From Bacteroidales bacterium UBA4814 (GTDB lineage: Bacteria > Bacteroidota > Bacteroidia > Bacteroidales > UBA7960), in NCBI GenBank assembly GCA_002402465.1, contig DHFW01000002.1, positions 39,027 to 103,026 of the forward strand: 64,000 nucleotides of DNA, read 5' to 3'. A program made the position numbers and the translations under genes. Shown here piece by piece: positions 35,961 to 46,302 of this stretch. A model generated the notes under the pieces. That model was not told the origin of the DNA and searched no databases. It saw only the letters and a list, made by a program, of their open reading frames with translations. How positions within the stretch are numbered: the first letter of the stretch is position 1; the number at the start of each line of letters is the position of its first letter.

Positions 35961-37086
35961 TTATTTCGTCTTCTTCAATCTTCCTGCTAACACTTAAAAT
36001 GATACCTATGGCCAGGCTCGAGAACCACAGCGAAGTACCGCCCATGCTGATCAATGGCAGGGGCTGGCCCGTCACGGGAAAAAGATCTACGGAAACAGCC
36101 ATGTTGATCATGGCCTGAAATACCAGGCTGAAACTTAATCCAGCCGCCAGCAGTGCCCCGAAAGTTCCGGGACTTTGTTTGGAGATTTTTATGGCCCGGT
36201 AAAAAAGAATGAGATACAGCAGCAACACAAAAAACCCTCCGGCAATGCCGTATTCTTCAATAATAATGGCATAGATAAAATCGGAATATGCATGTGGCAG
36301 GAAGTTGCGCTGGGTTGATTTTCCAGGCATCTTTCCTATAATGCCACCCGAGGCAATGGCAATCTTGGCTTGCCGCACCTGGTAGGTGTCGCCCGATTTT
36401 GTAAAAAAGGTTGTAATACGTGTACCCCATACCGAAACACGGCTTTCGGGCATTTTTGATGCCACAAAAACAAACAGCATTAGGCTTAACACTCCAATAC
36501 CGGCAAAGGCAGCCAGGTATTTTAGGTTAACCCCCCCGATATACATCAGTATGATGCAGGTGGCAAAGAGTATGGCAGCCGTGGAAAGGTTGGCCGGAAG
36601 AATAAGCAACGTTATGATTAACACAGGGATAAGTATAGGCACAAATGCCTCCTTAAAGTCTTTGATGCTATCCTGCTTTTTAGTAAGCATACGGGCCACG
36701 TACATAATCAGTGCCAGTTTGGCAAAGTCGGAGCTTTGAAAGCTGATGTTGATGATAGGCAGGGTAAGCCAGCGGCTGGCTTCGTTGATATTGGTCCCTT
36801 TTACCAGAGTAAACAGCAGCAATGGCACCGCCACCCACAAAGCCAGTTGCGATATGCGTGAGTAGTAGGTATACTTAATTCGGCTGGCCAGCCACATAAG
36901 CCCAAGGCCAAGCAGCATAATAACAAAGTGCTTGATGATGTAATATTCGGTATTTCCCGAACGGTATTTGTAGGCCAGTGACCCTGTAGAGCTGTATACA
37001 GCCAGCAGCGAGAAGATGGATAGAAATATCACCACCATCCAAATGGCCCTGTCGCCTTTTATTTTTTCCAGCACTTTATTCATCAT
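35935..37086 (-). CDS. ftsW: FtsW (SEDS family peptidoglycan glycosyltransferase)
   Basis: Polytopic FtsW/RodA/SpoVE-like protein between murD and murG. Confidence 0.88.
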   Translation of the reverse strand: MMNKVLEKIKGDRAIWMVVIFLSIFSLLAVYSSTGSLAYKYRSGNTEYYIIKHFVIMLLGLGLMWLASRIKYTYYSRISQLALWVAVPLLLFTLVKGTNINEASRWLTLPIINISFQSSDFAKLALIMYVARMLTKKQDSIKDFKEAFVPILIPVLIITLLILPANLSTAAILFATCIILMYIGGVNLKYLAAFAGIGVLSLMLFVFVASKMPESRVSVWGTRITTFFTKSGDTYQVRQAKIAIASGGIIGKMPGKSTQRNFLPHAYSDFIYAIIIEEYGIAGGFFVLLLYLILFYRAIKISKQSPGTFGALLAAGLSFSLVFQAMINMAVSVDLFPVTGQPLPLISMGGTSLWFSSLAIGIILSVSRKIEEDEINGRPITTS

Positions 37087-37095
37087 TTGGTTTTT

Positions 37096-38436
37096 TTACA
37101 AATCATAAACAGCCTGTTTAAACTGTCGTCCGCGGTCTTCAAAATTTTCGAAGAGGTCGAAGCTGGCGCAAGCTGGCGAAAGCAACACCACGTCGCCCGG
37201 TACACCAGCCAGATAGGCTGCTTTTACGGCATCGCGTGCGGTGCGCGTTTCGAAAATAGCCGGAACAATGGCTCCAAACACTTCTTTTATGCGGCTGTTC
37301 TCCTTGCCAAGGCAAACAATGGCCTTTACCTTTTTTTCAACCAGCTCGAGCAGGCCGCTGTAGTCGTTGCCTTTGTCCTGGCCGCCAACCACCCATATTA
37401 CGGGCTTATTCATCGACTCCAGGGCGTACCAGGTAGAGTTTACGTTGGTGGCCTTGCTGTCGTTAATAAATTCAATGCCGCGCACAAAGCCAAGGGGTTC
37501 AAGCCTGTGCTCCACGTTCTGGAAGTCGCTCAGCCCTTCGCGTATCACTTCTTTGCGGATGTCGAGCAGGCGGGCGGCAATGCCGCTTGCCATACTGTTG
37601 TAAATGTTGTGTCGTCCCTTCAGGCTCAGCTCAAGGATATCCATCTTGAATTCTTCAGTATTTAGGTTAATATTCAATTTTTCGTTCTTGTCGGTCCAGG
37701 CTCCTTCCTTTAAAACTTGTTTGGTGCTGAAAGGAATCAGCCGTGGCCCATCTGTTTTTTGCACCAACCTTGCTTGCAGCACGGGGTCGTCAGCACAGAA
37801 AATGCAGTGCTGCCGCGGTGTCTGGTTTTGCATAATGCGCAGTTTCGATGCAATGTATTTTTCAAAGCTGTGGTCGTATCGGTCGAGGTGATCGTGCGTA
37901 ATGTTTAGCAGCACGGCAATATCGGCCTTGAATTTCTCCATTCCATCGAGCTGAAAAGAAGAAATTTCGAGCACATACACCCCATGCTTTTGCTCAGCCA
38001 CCTGCCAGGCAAAACTGCTTCCCACATTGCCTGCAATGCCAACGTTTAAGCCGGCCTTTTTCAGGATGTGGCCTGTGAGCAGGGTAGTGGTAGTTTTGCC
38101 GTTGCTGCCGGTGATGCAAATGGTTGGTGCCTGGTTGTACCTTCCGGCAAACTCAATTTCAGAAACCACTGGTATGCCCTTGGCTCGAATGGTTTTTACC
38201 ACTGGTGCCCAATCGGGAATGCCTGGGCTTTTCATAACCTCATCGGCATTCAGAATCAACGCCTCCGAATGCTTCGCCTCTTCCCAGCTTATTTCATGAT
38301 GTAAAAGAGCGTCCTTGTATTGTTTTTTTATGGACTGCAGGTCAGAAACAAACACTTCCCAGCCTTTTTTCCGGGCCAAAATGGCCGTTCCTGTTCCGCT
38401 TTCTCCCGCTCCCAGTATGACCAGCCGCCCGCCCAT
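37096..38436 (-). CDS. murD: UDP-N-acetylmuramoylalanine--D-glutamate ligase
   Basis: LGAGESGTG N-terminus, GSNGKTTT ATP site, dcw position. Confidence 0.92.
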   Translation of the reverse strand: MGGRLVILGAGESGTGTAILARKKGWEVFVSDLQSIKKQYKDALLHHEISWEEAKHSEALILNADEVMKSPGIPDWAPVVKTIRAKGIPVVSEIEFAGRYNQAPTICITGSNGKTTTTLLTGHILKKAGLNVGIAGNVGSSFAWQVAEQKHGVYVLEISSFQLDGMEKFKADIAVLLNITHDHLDRYDHSFEKYIASKLRIMQNQTPRQHCIFCADDPVLQARLVQKTDGPRLIPFSTKQVLKEGAWTDKNEKLNINLNTEEFKMDILELSLKGRHNIYNSMASGIAARLLDIRKEVIREGLSDFQNVEHRLEPLGFVRGIEFINDSKATNVNSTWYALESMNKPVIWVVGGQDKGNDYSGLLELVEKKVKAIVCLGKENSRIKEVFGAIVPAIFETRTARDAVKAAYLAGVPGDVVLLSPACASFDLFENFEDRGRQFKQAVYDL

Positions 38437-38441
38437 TTATT

Positions 38442-39698
38442 TTATCTCAATTTCAGGGTTATCACACTGAACACCGCCAGAATGATGCCCACAATTAAAA
38501 AGCGCTGCACAATCTTGGCCTCGTGGTAACCCAACAACTGATAGTGGTGGTGCAGGGGGGCCATTTTAAAAATTCGCCTTCCTTCGCCAAAACGCTTTTT
38601 GGTGTATTTGAACCAGCTCACCTGCATAACCACCGAAAGGTTTTCTATGAAAAACACCCCGCAAAGCACCGGAATGAGCAACTCCTTGCGTATTACAATG
38701 GCAAACACGGCAATGATGCCACCCAGGGCCAGGCTGCCTGTGTCGCCCATAAAGACCTGTGCCGGGTAGGTGTTGTACCATAAAAAACCTATGCAGGCTC
38801 CCACAAAGGCGGCAATGAAAATAACCAGCTCGCCTGTCATGGGTATATACATGATGTTGAGGTAGTTGGCAAAAACGGTATTGCCCGAAACATAAGCCAA
38901 CACCCCCAGGGTTGCCCCGATGATGGCCGAAGTGCCTGTGGCCAGGCCATCGAGCCCATCGGTAATATTGGCTCCGTTCGATACCGCCGTAATAATGAGT
39001 ATAACAATGGGAATAAAGATCAGAAAGGCCCATTTGGTATAGCCTTCGCCCAGCCACTTCAGCAGCACAGCGTAGTCTAACTCATTGTTTTTGAAAAAAG
39101 GTATGGTGGTCTTGGTCGATTTTACCGACTCTCTCGAAAATGCTGCACCAGGGCTTTTGGCATCATCAATGATTAGTATTTCGCTGGTGGTTTCAAAAGC
39201 AAAGCTCTCCTGGCCTTTTTCGCGAATCACCACCGAGTCGTTAAAATAAAGAGTGGCCCCCACTACAATGCCCAGGGTAATCTGCCCCAAAATTTTAAAT
39301 TTCCCGTGAAGGCCTTTTTTGTTCTTTTTGAAAACCTTGATATAATCGTCAATAAAGCCAATAATTCCAAGCCAAATGGTTGAAACCAGCATCAGAATTA
39401 TATAAATGTTGTCAATTCGGGCAAACAGCAGGGTGGGTATAACAATGGCGGCAATAATAATGATTCCACCCATGGTTGGGGTTCCCTGCTTTTTCATTTG
39501 CCCTTCCAGCCCCAGGTTTCTTACTACCTCGCCCACCTGCTTTTTCTGTAGGAAACGAATGATGCTGCGGCCCGAGATCATGGTGATAAAGAGTGAAAAG
39601 ATCACTGCCATACCTGCCCTGAACGAGATATACTGGAATACTCCCGTTCCGGGTATGTCAAAGGCTTTATCCAGGTATTCGAACAAATAATACAGCAT
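38442..39698 (-). CDS. mraY: phospho-N-acetylmuramoyl-pentapeptide transferase
   Basis: Polytopic protein with MraY blocks ([30 protein letters not shown]). Confidence 0.93.
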   Translation of the reverse strand: MLYYLFEYLDKAFDIPGTGVFQYISFRAGMAVIFSLFITMISGRSIIRFLQKKQVGEVVRNLGLEGQMKKQGTPTMGGIIIIAAIVIPTLLFARIDNIYIILMLVSTIWLGIIGFIDDYIKVFKKNKKGLHGKFKILGQITLGIVVGATLYFNDSVVIREKGQESFAFETTSEILIIDDAKSPGAAFSRESVKSTKTTIPFFKNNELDYAVLLKWLGEGYTKWAFLIFIPIVILIITAVSNGANITDGLDGLATGTSAIIGATLGVLAYVSGNTVFANYLNIMYIPMTGELVIFIAAFVGACIGFLWYNTYPAQVFMGDTGSLALGGIIAVFAIVIRKELLIPVLCGVFFIENLSVVMQVSWFKYTKKRFGEGRRIFKMAPLHHHYQLLGYHEAKIVQRFLIVGIILAVFSVITLKLR

Positions 39699-39726
39699 CT
39701 GCAGCTCTTTTAAAATTTTCAGTTTC

Positions 39727-41178
39727 TCAGGCCAGGTATTCCATTAAAATTTCTTTATCGTCAAAGGGGTGTTTCACCCCTTTTATTTCCTGGTATTTTT
39801 CATGTCCTTTTCCGGCCACCAGAACAATGTCGCCGGGGTTTGCCATGGCGCAGGCCGCATTAATGGCATCGCGGCGGTTTATCACAGTCACCGTATGGCG
39901 TTTGCTCATGGGGTCGAGGCCGGTTTTCATATCTTCAATAATTTTTTCCGGTTCTTCAAAGCGGGGGTTGTCGCTGGTGAGTATCACCTTGTTGCTTAGC
40001 CTTGCGGCGATGGCTGCCATGGCTGGCCTTTTTGCAGCGTCGCGGTTGCCGCCGCATCCCACTACTGTAATGAGCTTCTCGGAGCCGGTGCGAAGGCTGG
40101 CAATAGTGCTCAGCACGTTTTCCAGGGCATCGGGGGTATGGGCATAGTCGATAATGCCAATCCTGTTTTCCCTTCCGGGGAAAAAGTCGAAGCGGCCTTC
40201 GGCAGGGCGGCAGCTGCTCAGGGGGGTAAGCACCTCTTCAGGCTCAAGCCCCAGCATGCGGGCCGCAGAATATACAGCCAGCAAGTTGTAAGCGTTAAAC
40301 TCGCCCACCAGCTTGCACCAAACTTCCCGTCCTTCAATCAATAGTTGTAAGCCAGCAAATCCATTTTCGAGCACTTTGCCCTTGAAGTCGGCCATGGCAC
40401 GCAGGCTGTATGTTTTTTTTATTGCCCGGGTATTTTGTAGCATTACCCAGCCATTCTTGTCGTCGGTGTTGGTTATGGCGAAAGCCTGCGCATCGAGTTG
40501 GTCGAAGAACGTTTTTTTCGCTTTCAGGTATTCGCTGAAGGTTTTGTGGAAATCCAGGTGGTCGTGGGTCAGGTTGGTAAAAATGCCACCGGCAAAATGT
40601 AGCCCTGCAATGCGCTGCTGGGCCACAGCATGTGAACTCACTTCCATAAAAGCAAACTCGCAGCCTGCCTCCACCATTTGCCTGAGCAAGTCGTTTAGCT
40701 GAACCGGGTCGGGAGTGGTGTAAGTGGCTGGAATCTCCTTTTGTCCAACCAGGTTCCGAACCGTGGAGATCATTCCGCAAGCGTATCCCAAACGGGTAAA
40801 CAGGTCGTGAAGCAAGGTTACTACCGTTGTTTTGCCGTTGGTGCCGGTTACTCCAATCAGACGAATCTTTTCGGAAGGATTTCCAAAGATGTTCGCTGCA
40901 ACAACTCCCAGGGCATGGGCCGAATCTTTAACCCTGATAATGGTGGCTTCTTTGCTGATTTTTTCTGGTATTTCCTGGCAAACGATGGCCACCGCACCAC
41001 TTTGAACCGCCTTTTCAATAAAAAGATGGCCATCGGTGGTAAGCCCTTTTATGGCTACAAACAGTGTTCCTGGCTTAACCTTACGCGAGTCGAACTCTAC
41101 AGCCAGCACTTCCCTGTCGAGCACCCCGTGGGTTTCGAGCAGTTCGGCCTTGTATAATATGTCGCGTAAGTTTCCCAC
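39727..41178 (-). CDS. murE: UDP-N-acetylmuramoyl-L-alanyl-D-glutamate--2,6-diaminopimelate ligase
   Basis: [10 protein letters not shown], the [10 protein letters not shown] (DNPR) motif, GTG start at 41178. Confidence 0.9.
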   Translation of the reverse strand: MGNLRDILYKAELLETHGVLDREVLAVEFDSRKVKPGTLFVAIKGLTTDGHLFIEKAVQSGAVAIVCQEIPEKISKEATIIRVKDSAHALGVVAANIFGNPSEKIRLIGVTGTNGKTTVVTLLHDLFTRLGYACGMISTVRNLVGQKEIPATYTTPDPVQLNDLLRQMVEAGCEFAFMEVSSHAVAQQRIAGLHFAGGIFTNLTHDHLDFHKTFSEYLKAKKTFFDQLDAQAFAITNTDDKNGWVMLQNTRAIKKTYSLRAMADFKGKVLENGFAGLQLLIEGREVWCKLVGEFNAYNLLAVYSAARMLGLEPEEVLTPLSSCRPAEGRFDFFPGRENRIGIIDYAHTPDALENVLSTIASLRTGSEKLITVVGCGGNRDAAKRPAMAAIAARLSNKVILTSDNPRFEEPEKIIEDMKTGLDPMSKRHTVTVINRRDAINAACAMANPGDIVLVAGKGHEKYQEIKGVKHPFDDKEILMEYLA

Positions 41179-41188
41179 TTTTTTAAAA

Positions 41189-43288
41189 TCAATTTAATTC
41201 AATGTAAATCTGGTTTCCCGGACTAAACCTTACGCCGGGCTGCAGGCTTTGCCGCTTTACGACACCTCGTCCGCTGAATCGAACCCTCAGGCCTGCGTTT
41301 TCAAGAACAAAAAAGGCATCTTTTAGTCCCATGCCTACCACGTCGGGAACCAGGTTGTCAATAAAATTCTTTTCCCAGAAGCTCACTGTGTCGTTTTTGG
41401 CCACGGTGGTTGCCCAGGCGGTTTGAATATTATCGATGAGCTTGCAGTCGAAGGCCGAATAAATGGTGCGGAAATCGTCGGCATTTCCGTTTTTAAACGA
41501 AGGCAGCGAAGTCAGCAGGTTGTCGAAGCCGGGCTGGGGATAATTTATCTGGGTGGCAAATATTTTATCGGAAATTTCCTTAAAAACAGGCGCCGCCAGT
41601 TGTCCGCCGCTATACAAAACCCCTCTGGGGTTGTGAATGACCACAATGATACTGTAGGCAGGTTGGTCGGCAGGGAAATAGCCTACAAACGAGGAGCGGT
41701 AAGAAGTGCGGCCATGCACGTTGCGGTATCCCTGGCTGGTGTTGGCCACCTGTGCGGTACCGGTTTTCCCGGCAATGGGGTAAAGGGAGCTATAAATGTT
41801 TTTCGCCGTGCCATTCTCCACTACTCCAATGAGCATCTCATGAATGGTTTCGAGGGTAGAACTGCTGGCAATGCTTCTGTTTATTACCTGCGGCTGAAAT
41901 CGCTGTATTGTTTTTCCTGTTTGCCTGATTTCTTCCACAAACATGGGCTTCATCATGCGGCCTTTGTTTGCCACCGCATTGTAAAACGAAAGGGTTTGCA
42001 AGGGTGTAAGAGAAACGCCATACCCTATCGACATCCAAGGAAGTGAAACGCCCGACCAGGAAGGGCTTTTGGGATCGGTGATCATGGGCTGCCCCTCTCC
42101 GGTAATTTCCAGTTCCAGGGGTTTGTCGAGGCCCATAGCCTTGAGCTTGTCAACAAATTGCTGGGGCTTGTCCTTATAGGCTTTTACCACCAGTTGCGAG
42201 ATGCCCACGTTTGACGATACTTCGAATGCACGCCTGGCTGTAATGCTCCCGAAGCCGCCCTCTTTGGCATCGCGCATTACCTGGTCGGCGTAGGCAATGC
42301 TTCCGTTGCCGGTGTGCACCATCTCTTCGGGCTTAACCTTTCCGTCTTCAAGCAGGGCAATCATGCTGGCAAGCTTAAAGGTGGAGCCAGGCTCTGTGCT
42401 TTCGCCCACGGCGTAATTGAAGGTTTCTTCATAGTTTCCCGAGGGGCGGCGGGTCAGGTTGGAGATGGCCTTGATCTTTCCGGTCGAAACCTCCATAACC
42501 ACCGCTGTGCCAAACTCTGCTTTCGACCTTTGAAGCTGCCTTAAAAGGGCGTTTTCTACAATATCCTGCATGCTAATGTTAATGGTGGTGATCAGGTCCT
42601 TGCCGTTTTCGGGCTGAATTTCGTTGTCGTCGTTTATGGGTACCCAGCTGCCGCCCCCGGCGCGTAGCATAAGCCTTTTTCCCTGGATACCTTCGAGTTC
42701 CTTTCTGTAAGCTCCTTCCAGACCCACATAAACGCCCTCGCGCTCATAACCGATGGTACGCTGGGCCATGGTGCGGTAAGGCATTTCGCGGCGCGAACGC
42801 TCAATAGGCAGAAACCCTCCGCGGAATCTCCCCAGCCTGAAAATGGGGAAAGTACGCAGGGCCTGCAACTGATGGTAAGAAACGTTGCGTTTTACCAGAA
42901 AATAGCGGTCTTGGTTTTTTCGGGCTGTGTTCAGGTCAGCAAGATAACCGGCTTTCGACCGGTCGCCAAAAAGTTGTGAAAGCAGCAGGGCCAGAGAGTC
43001 AATGCCTTGATTGTAAACCTCATCCGATACTACCTGGTTGCTGAGGTCCATCCTGATTTCATAAACAGGCACGCTGGTAGCCAGCAAGCGGCCATCGTCG
43101 GCGCAAATGTCGCCTCTTATGGCATCGATGTTTTCGATGCGCATGCTGGATATCCTGGCCATCTCGCGCCATTTTTCGCCCTCAACAGCCTGAATATAAA
43201 TAACCCTGAACAGGATAGCCATGCCCAGCAGCACCATGGCAAAATAAACCAGGTAAAGGCGTTGTATTATGTGCTTTTTGTCGTCCAT
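41189..43288 (-). CDS. ftsI: penicillin-binding protein (FtsI/PBP3-type transpeptidase) with C-terminal PASTA domain
   Basis: SxxK GSTFKL, SSN (SSNVG), KTG (GKTGTA). C-terminal PASTA-like VPDVVGMGLKDAFFVLENAGLRV. Confidence 0.9.
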   Translation of the reverse strand: MDDKKHIIQRLYLVYFAMVLLGMAILFRVIYIQAVEGEKWREMARISSMRIENIDAIRGDICADDGRLLATSVPVYEIRMDLSNQVVSDEVYNQGIDSLALLLSQLFGDRSKAGYLADLNTARKNQDRYFLVKRNVSYHQLQALRTFPIFRLGRFRGGFLPIERSRREMPYRTMAQRTIGYEREGVYVGLEGAYRKELEGIQGKRLMLRAGGGSWVPINDDNEIQPENGKDLITTINISMQDIVENALLRQLQRSKAEFGTAVVMEVSTGKIKAISNLTRRPSGNYEETFNYAVGESTEPGSTFKLASMIALLEDGKVKPEEMVHTGNGSIAYADQVMRDAKEGGFGSITARRAFEVSSNVGISQLVVKAYKDKPQQFVDKLKAMGLDKPLELEITGEGQPMITDPKSPSWSGVSLPWMSIGYGVSLTPLQTLSFYNAVANKGRMMKPMFVEEIRQTGKTIQRFQPQVINRSIASSSTLETIHEMLIGVVENGTAKNIYSSLYPIAGKTGTAQVANTSQGYRNVHGRTSYRSSFVGYFPADQPAYSIIVVIHNPRGVLYSGGQLAAPVFKEISDKIFATQINYPQPGFDNLLTSLPSFKNGNADDFRTIYSAFDCKLIDNIQTAWATTVAKNDTVSFWEKNFIDNLVPDVVGMGLKDAFFVLENAGLRVRFSGRGVVKRQSLQPGVRFSPGNQIYIELN

Positions 43289-43313
43289 TGTGGGCTTGCC
43301 TGTTGCTGTGTGC

Positions 43314-43715
43314 TTAGTTCAACCACCTATTTAAAATATTTGCTTTTTTTCTTTCATCCGAAATTTGCAGGGGAGGGACGGTCGACTCTACAAAGCCCCT
43401 GCTTTGCAACCTGCGGGCAATCTCGGACTGATTACTCAGATACATAAGCTCCGACTTGGTGAGGGTGTGCCGGGTGCGCAGTTCCACTATTTCCTTTCGC
43501 AGGGCTTCCACCTCCCGTGCCTGCCTTTCGGCGTAATAAGTGTTTGAAATGAAAAAAAGGCCCAACCCGGCCAGGAAAAAGAAAAAAGGCATAGATGAAG
43601 CCACTTTGTCGCGTGCCAGCATGCTGCCATCGAGCATCGATTGGATGAAACGCGAAACCGCTCCCTTTCTGGTTGCTGTTTTTTTCACCTTTTTTTTGTA
43701 ACTGTTTCCCCCCAT
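43314..43715 (-). CDS. FtsL-like cell division protein
   Basis: Basic N-terminus, one TM (MPFFFFLAGLGLFFISN), then a coiled coil. Located between rsmH and ftsI. Confidence 0.65.
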   Translation of the reverse strand: MGGNSYKKKVKKTATRKGAVSRFIQSMLDGSMLARDKVASSMPFFFFLAGLGLFFISNTYYAERQAREVEALRKEIVELRTRHTLTKSELMYLSNQSEIARRLQSRGFVESTVPPLQISDERKKANILNRWLN

Positions 43716-43730
43716 TTGTTAAACCCGTAT

Positions 43731-44630
43731 TTATTCTCTTTTTTCTGCTATTCGTAGCCTTGCACTTCGTGCCCGGCTGTTGCGCTCCATTTCTTCGGGC
43801 GCAGGCATTATGGTTTTGCCAACTGCAACCAGGGGTGTGAGCGGGTTGCCAAAAAAATCCTTTTCAATTTCTCCCCTGAAGTTGCCCGACCTCATAAAGT
43901 GCTTTACCAGCCTGTCTTCGAGCGAATGGTATGAGATAACTACCAATCTTCCTCCGGGCCTTAGTACCTCGGCACTCTGTACAAGGAACTCCCTGAGGGC
44001 ATCCAACTCCTGGTTCACTTCAATGCGCAGGGCCTGAAAAACCTGTGCAAAGAATTTGTTTTCCTTTCCCCTGGGTGCCAGTTTGTTCAACAGGGCAGTG
44101 AGCTGTGTGGTGGTGTTGATGGGCGCCACCTTACGCTGCTTGTCAATGGCTCCGGCAATCTTGTAGGCGTTTCGCAATTCACCGTAAAGGAAAAACACGT
44201 CGGCAAGTTTCTCGCTTGGGTATTCATTTACCACATCTCTTGCTGTGAGGCCTGCTTCGCGATTCATTCGCATGTCGAGCGGCCCTTCAAACCGGGTAGA
44301 AAAGCCCCTTTCGGCTTGGTCGAACTGATGCGAAGACACGCCCAGATCGGCCAATATGCCATCAACTGGCAGCAGGCCGTAAAGCTTCAGGAAGTTTCTC
44401 ATATACCTGAAGTTCTGGTTCAGAAATAGAATGCGATAATCGTCGGGCACGTTGGCTGCAGCATCCTTGTCCTGGTCTATGGCAATGAGTTTTCCCTGCT
44501 GAAGCTTTTCGAGTATGAGTGCCGAATGCCCGCCCCCGCCGTAGGTAGCGTCGACGTAGCGACCGCCGGGGAGGACGTTCAGGCCTTCAACGGCAGCTTC
44601 AGCCAGTACCGGGTCATGATAGGTTTTCAT
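43731..44630 (-). CDS. rsmH: 16S rRNA (cytosine1402-N4)-methyltransferase
   Basis: DATYGGGGHS motif, dcw position after mraZ. Confidence 0.92.
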   Translation of the reverse strand: MKTYHDPVLAEAAVEGLNVLPGGRYVDATYGGGGHSALILEKLQQGKLIAIDQDKDAAANVPDDYRILFLNQNFRYMRNFLKLYGLLPVDGILADLGVSSHQFDQAERGFSTRFEGPLDMRMNREAGLTARDVVNEYPSEKLADVFFLYGELRNAYKIAGAIDKQRKVAPINTTTQLTALLNKLAPRGKENKFFAQVFQALRIEVNQELDALREFLVQSAEVLRPGGRLVVISYHSLEDRLVKHFMRSGNFRGEIEKDFFGNPLTPLVAVGKTIMPAPEEMERNSRARSARLRIAEKRE

Positions 44631-45090
44631 CGCCGGATTGATTACTTATCTTACCCATAACATCCTCTGCCAAAGAGGAGAAGTCTTCCGGTTCGTTGTT
44701 CATCATTGCCTCATAAACCGCTTTTGCCCAGATTTCCACCCTTTGTCCGTATGCAAAAAGAACGATTTCCTTATCAATGACCGCATAGTCGAGCAGGGTC
44801 TTGGGCAACAAAAGCCTGCTGGCTGCGTCCAGGGCAATCTCGGAGGCGCCCCTGAAGAAATAGCGTACAAATTCGCGGTTCTTCTTGTTATAAAGATTCA
44901 GCGAGTTTACTTCACGCGAAATCTTCTGCCACTCGCTTTGCGGGTAAAGCGTAAGGTTTCTTTCAAAACCGCGGTTAATGACAAAACGCTCCTGGTCGTC
45001 TTCCGAAAGTTGCTTTTTCAAGCCGGAAGGCAACATGAAGCGGCCTTTGGAATCGACCTTACAATCAAATTCTCCAAGCAGATAGGTCAT
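44614..45090 (-). CDS. mraZ: transcriptional regulator MraZ
   Basis: Two SpoVT/AbrB-type DxxGR-like motifs (VDSKGRFMLP, LDAASRLLLP). I prefer ATG 45090 (MTYLLGEFDCKVD) to the track start at 45129. Confidence 0.88.
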   Translation of the reverse strand: MTYLLGEFDCKVDSKGRFMLPSGLKKQLSEDDQERFVINRGFERNLTLYPQSEWQKISREVNSLNLYNKKNREFVRYFFRGASEIALDAASRLLLPKTLLDYAVIDKEIVLFAYGQRVEIWAKAVYEAMMNNEPEDFSSLAEDVMGKISNQSGDENLS

Positions 45091-45129
45091 TCTCCCACGG
45101 TTTGGTTTTAGTTTGTAAATATAAGGCAA

Positions 45130-45159
45130 TTTTTACCACTTTTTACCACTTTTTACCAC
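45130..45159 (-). promoter_or_regulatory. candidate MraZ operator: three perfect 10-bp direct repeats
   Basis: Plus strand TTTTTACCAC x3, which is GTGGTAAAAA x3 on the gene strand (AAAGTGG boxes with TAA spacers). Located 40-70 nt upstream of the mraZ ATG. A TATATTTA -7-like box sits at 45116-45123. Confidence 0.7.
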
Positions 45160-45320
45160 ATTGTTAATAACTTTTTGCCTCATAAAGCCGCTGATTTAAA
45201 GAATAACTCTGTAAACCACTGATAACCAGGATAAAATGCATTTAATGCATTAATGTGAAAAACACATGTTTTTGAAATACAGATTCTTAACTATTGCAGT
45301 ATTTTTTATTGAATTATCCT

Positions 45321-45328
45321 TAATTTTG
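45321..45328 (+). promoter_or_regulatory. candidate -7 box TAATTTTG
   Basis: Perfect TAnnTTTG, 83 nt upstream of ATG 45411. The -33 element is poor. Confidence 0.3.
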
Positions 45329-45410
45329 TGAATGTAGTGCTTGTTCTGCCGGTGGGGCTCTCCGGACTGTTCGGGTTCTTTTCAGGTATTATTTTATTTT
45401 TTTTAAATCT

Positions 45411-46274
45411 ATGACAGACAGTCAAATAGCCAGAGAATCAGGGGAAATCAGGGATTTCATAAATGTGGACAGTGTTTTCAGGAAAAAAGGAGGGAATATC
45501 TATCCATACATTCCGGGTTTTGTTATTCGTTATATTGAACATATTGTGCATCAGGACGAACTGAACGCGGCATTGAAGCGTTTGCATCATAAAAAGAATT
45601 TGGAATTTCTGGAAGAGGTTCTTTTGAATGAGTTTGGGGTAGAGATTGAAGCCAGGAACCTGGAAAATATACCCGATCAGGGCAGGTTTATTATAGCGGG
45701 CAACCATCCGCTTGGCGGTATGGATGGTATGGCATTGATGCACGTGGTGGGTAAGAAACACCCTAATTTAAAATTTCTGGCCAACGATATTTTGCTTGAA
45801 ATTCCGAACCTGCGCGAGTTGTTTGTGCCGGTAAACAAGCACGGGCGCAGCACCCACGAAACGGTTCGCATTATGGATGAGCTTTTCAACTCGGATGATG
45901 TGGTGCTGGTGTTTCCGGCGGGCCTGGTTTCGCGCAAGCAAAAGGGAGGTATTTCCGACCTCGAGTGGAAAAAGACCTTCATTACCAAGGCCATCAAATA
46001 CCAGCGCGACATACTACCCGTGCACATTGATGGTGAGAACTCAAATTTTTTCTACAATCTGGCCCGCTGGCGCAAAAGGCTCAGGATAAAGGCAAACATT
46101 GAAATGCTTTACCTGCCCAACGAAATGTTCAAACAGAAAAACAAAAAAATTACGATTACCTTTGGTGAGCCTGTATCCTATACTACCTTTAACCGGGAGT
46201 TAACGCATCAGCAGTGGGCTGACCGACTGAAGGCGCATGTTTACGGTATTCCTGGCGGACACCTGCAGTTTTAA
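45411..46274 (+). CDS. lysophospholipid/1-acyl-glycerol-3-phosphate-type O-acyltransferase (GlsA/OlsA-like)
   Basis: HX4D acyltransferase motif GNHPLGGMDG; 287 aa. Adjacent to a hemolysin-like GNAT N-acyltransferase. Confidence 0.65.
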   Translation: MTDSQIARESGEIRDFINVDSVFRKKGGNIYPYIPGFVIRYIEHIVHQDELNAALKRLHHKKNLEFLEEVLLNEFGVEIEARNLENIPDQGRFIIAGNHPLGGMDGMALMHVVGKKHPNLKFLANDILLEIPNLRELFVPVNKHGRSTHETVRIMDELFNSDDVVLVFPAGLVSRKQKGGISDLEWKKTFITKAIKYQRDILPVHIDGENSNFFYNLARWRKRLRIKANIEMLYLPNEMFKQKNKKITITFGEPVSYTTFNRELTHQQWADRLKAHVYGIPGGHLQF

Positions 46275-46302
46275 TATTAATGGTTCCAAACATGAAAGAA
46301 AT

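Noticed and set aside
39699-39726. No murF between murE and mraY, and no ddl in the cluster. This could have been a deletion.
   Set aside because: Only 28 bp separate the two intact genes. The order mraZ-rsmH-ftsL-ftsI-murE-mraY-murD-ftsW-murG-murC-ftsQ-ftsA-ftsZ without murF is the usual Bacteroidota arrangement as far as I recall, so this is not an anomaly.
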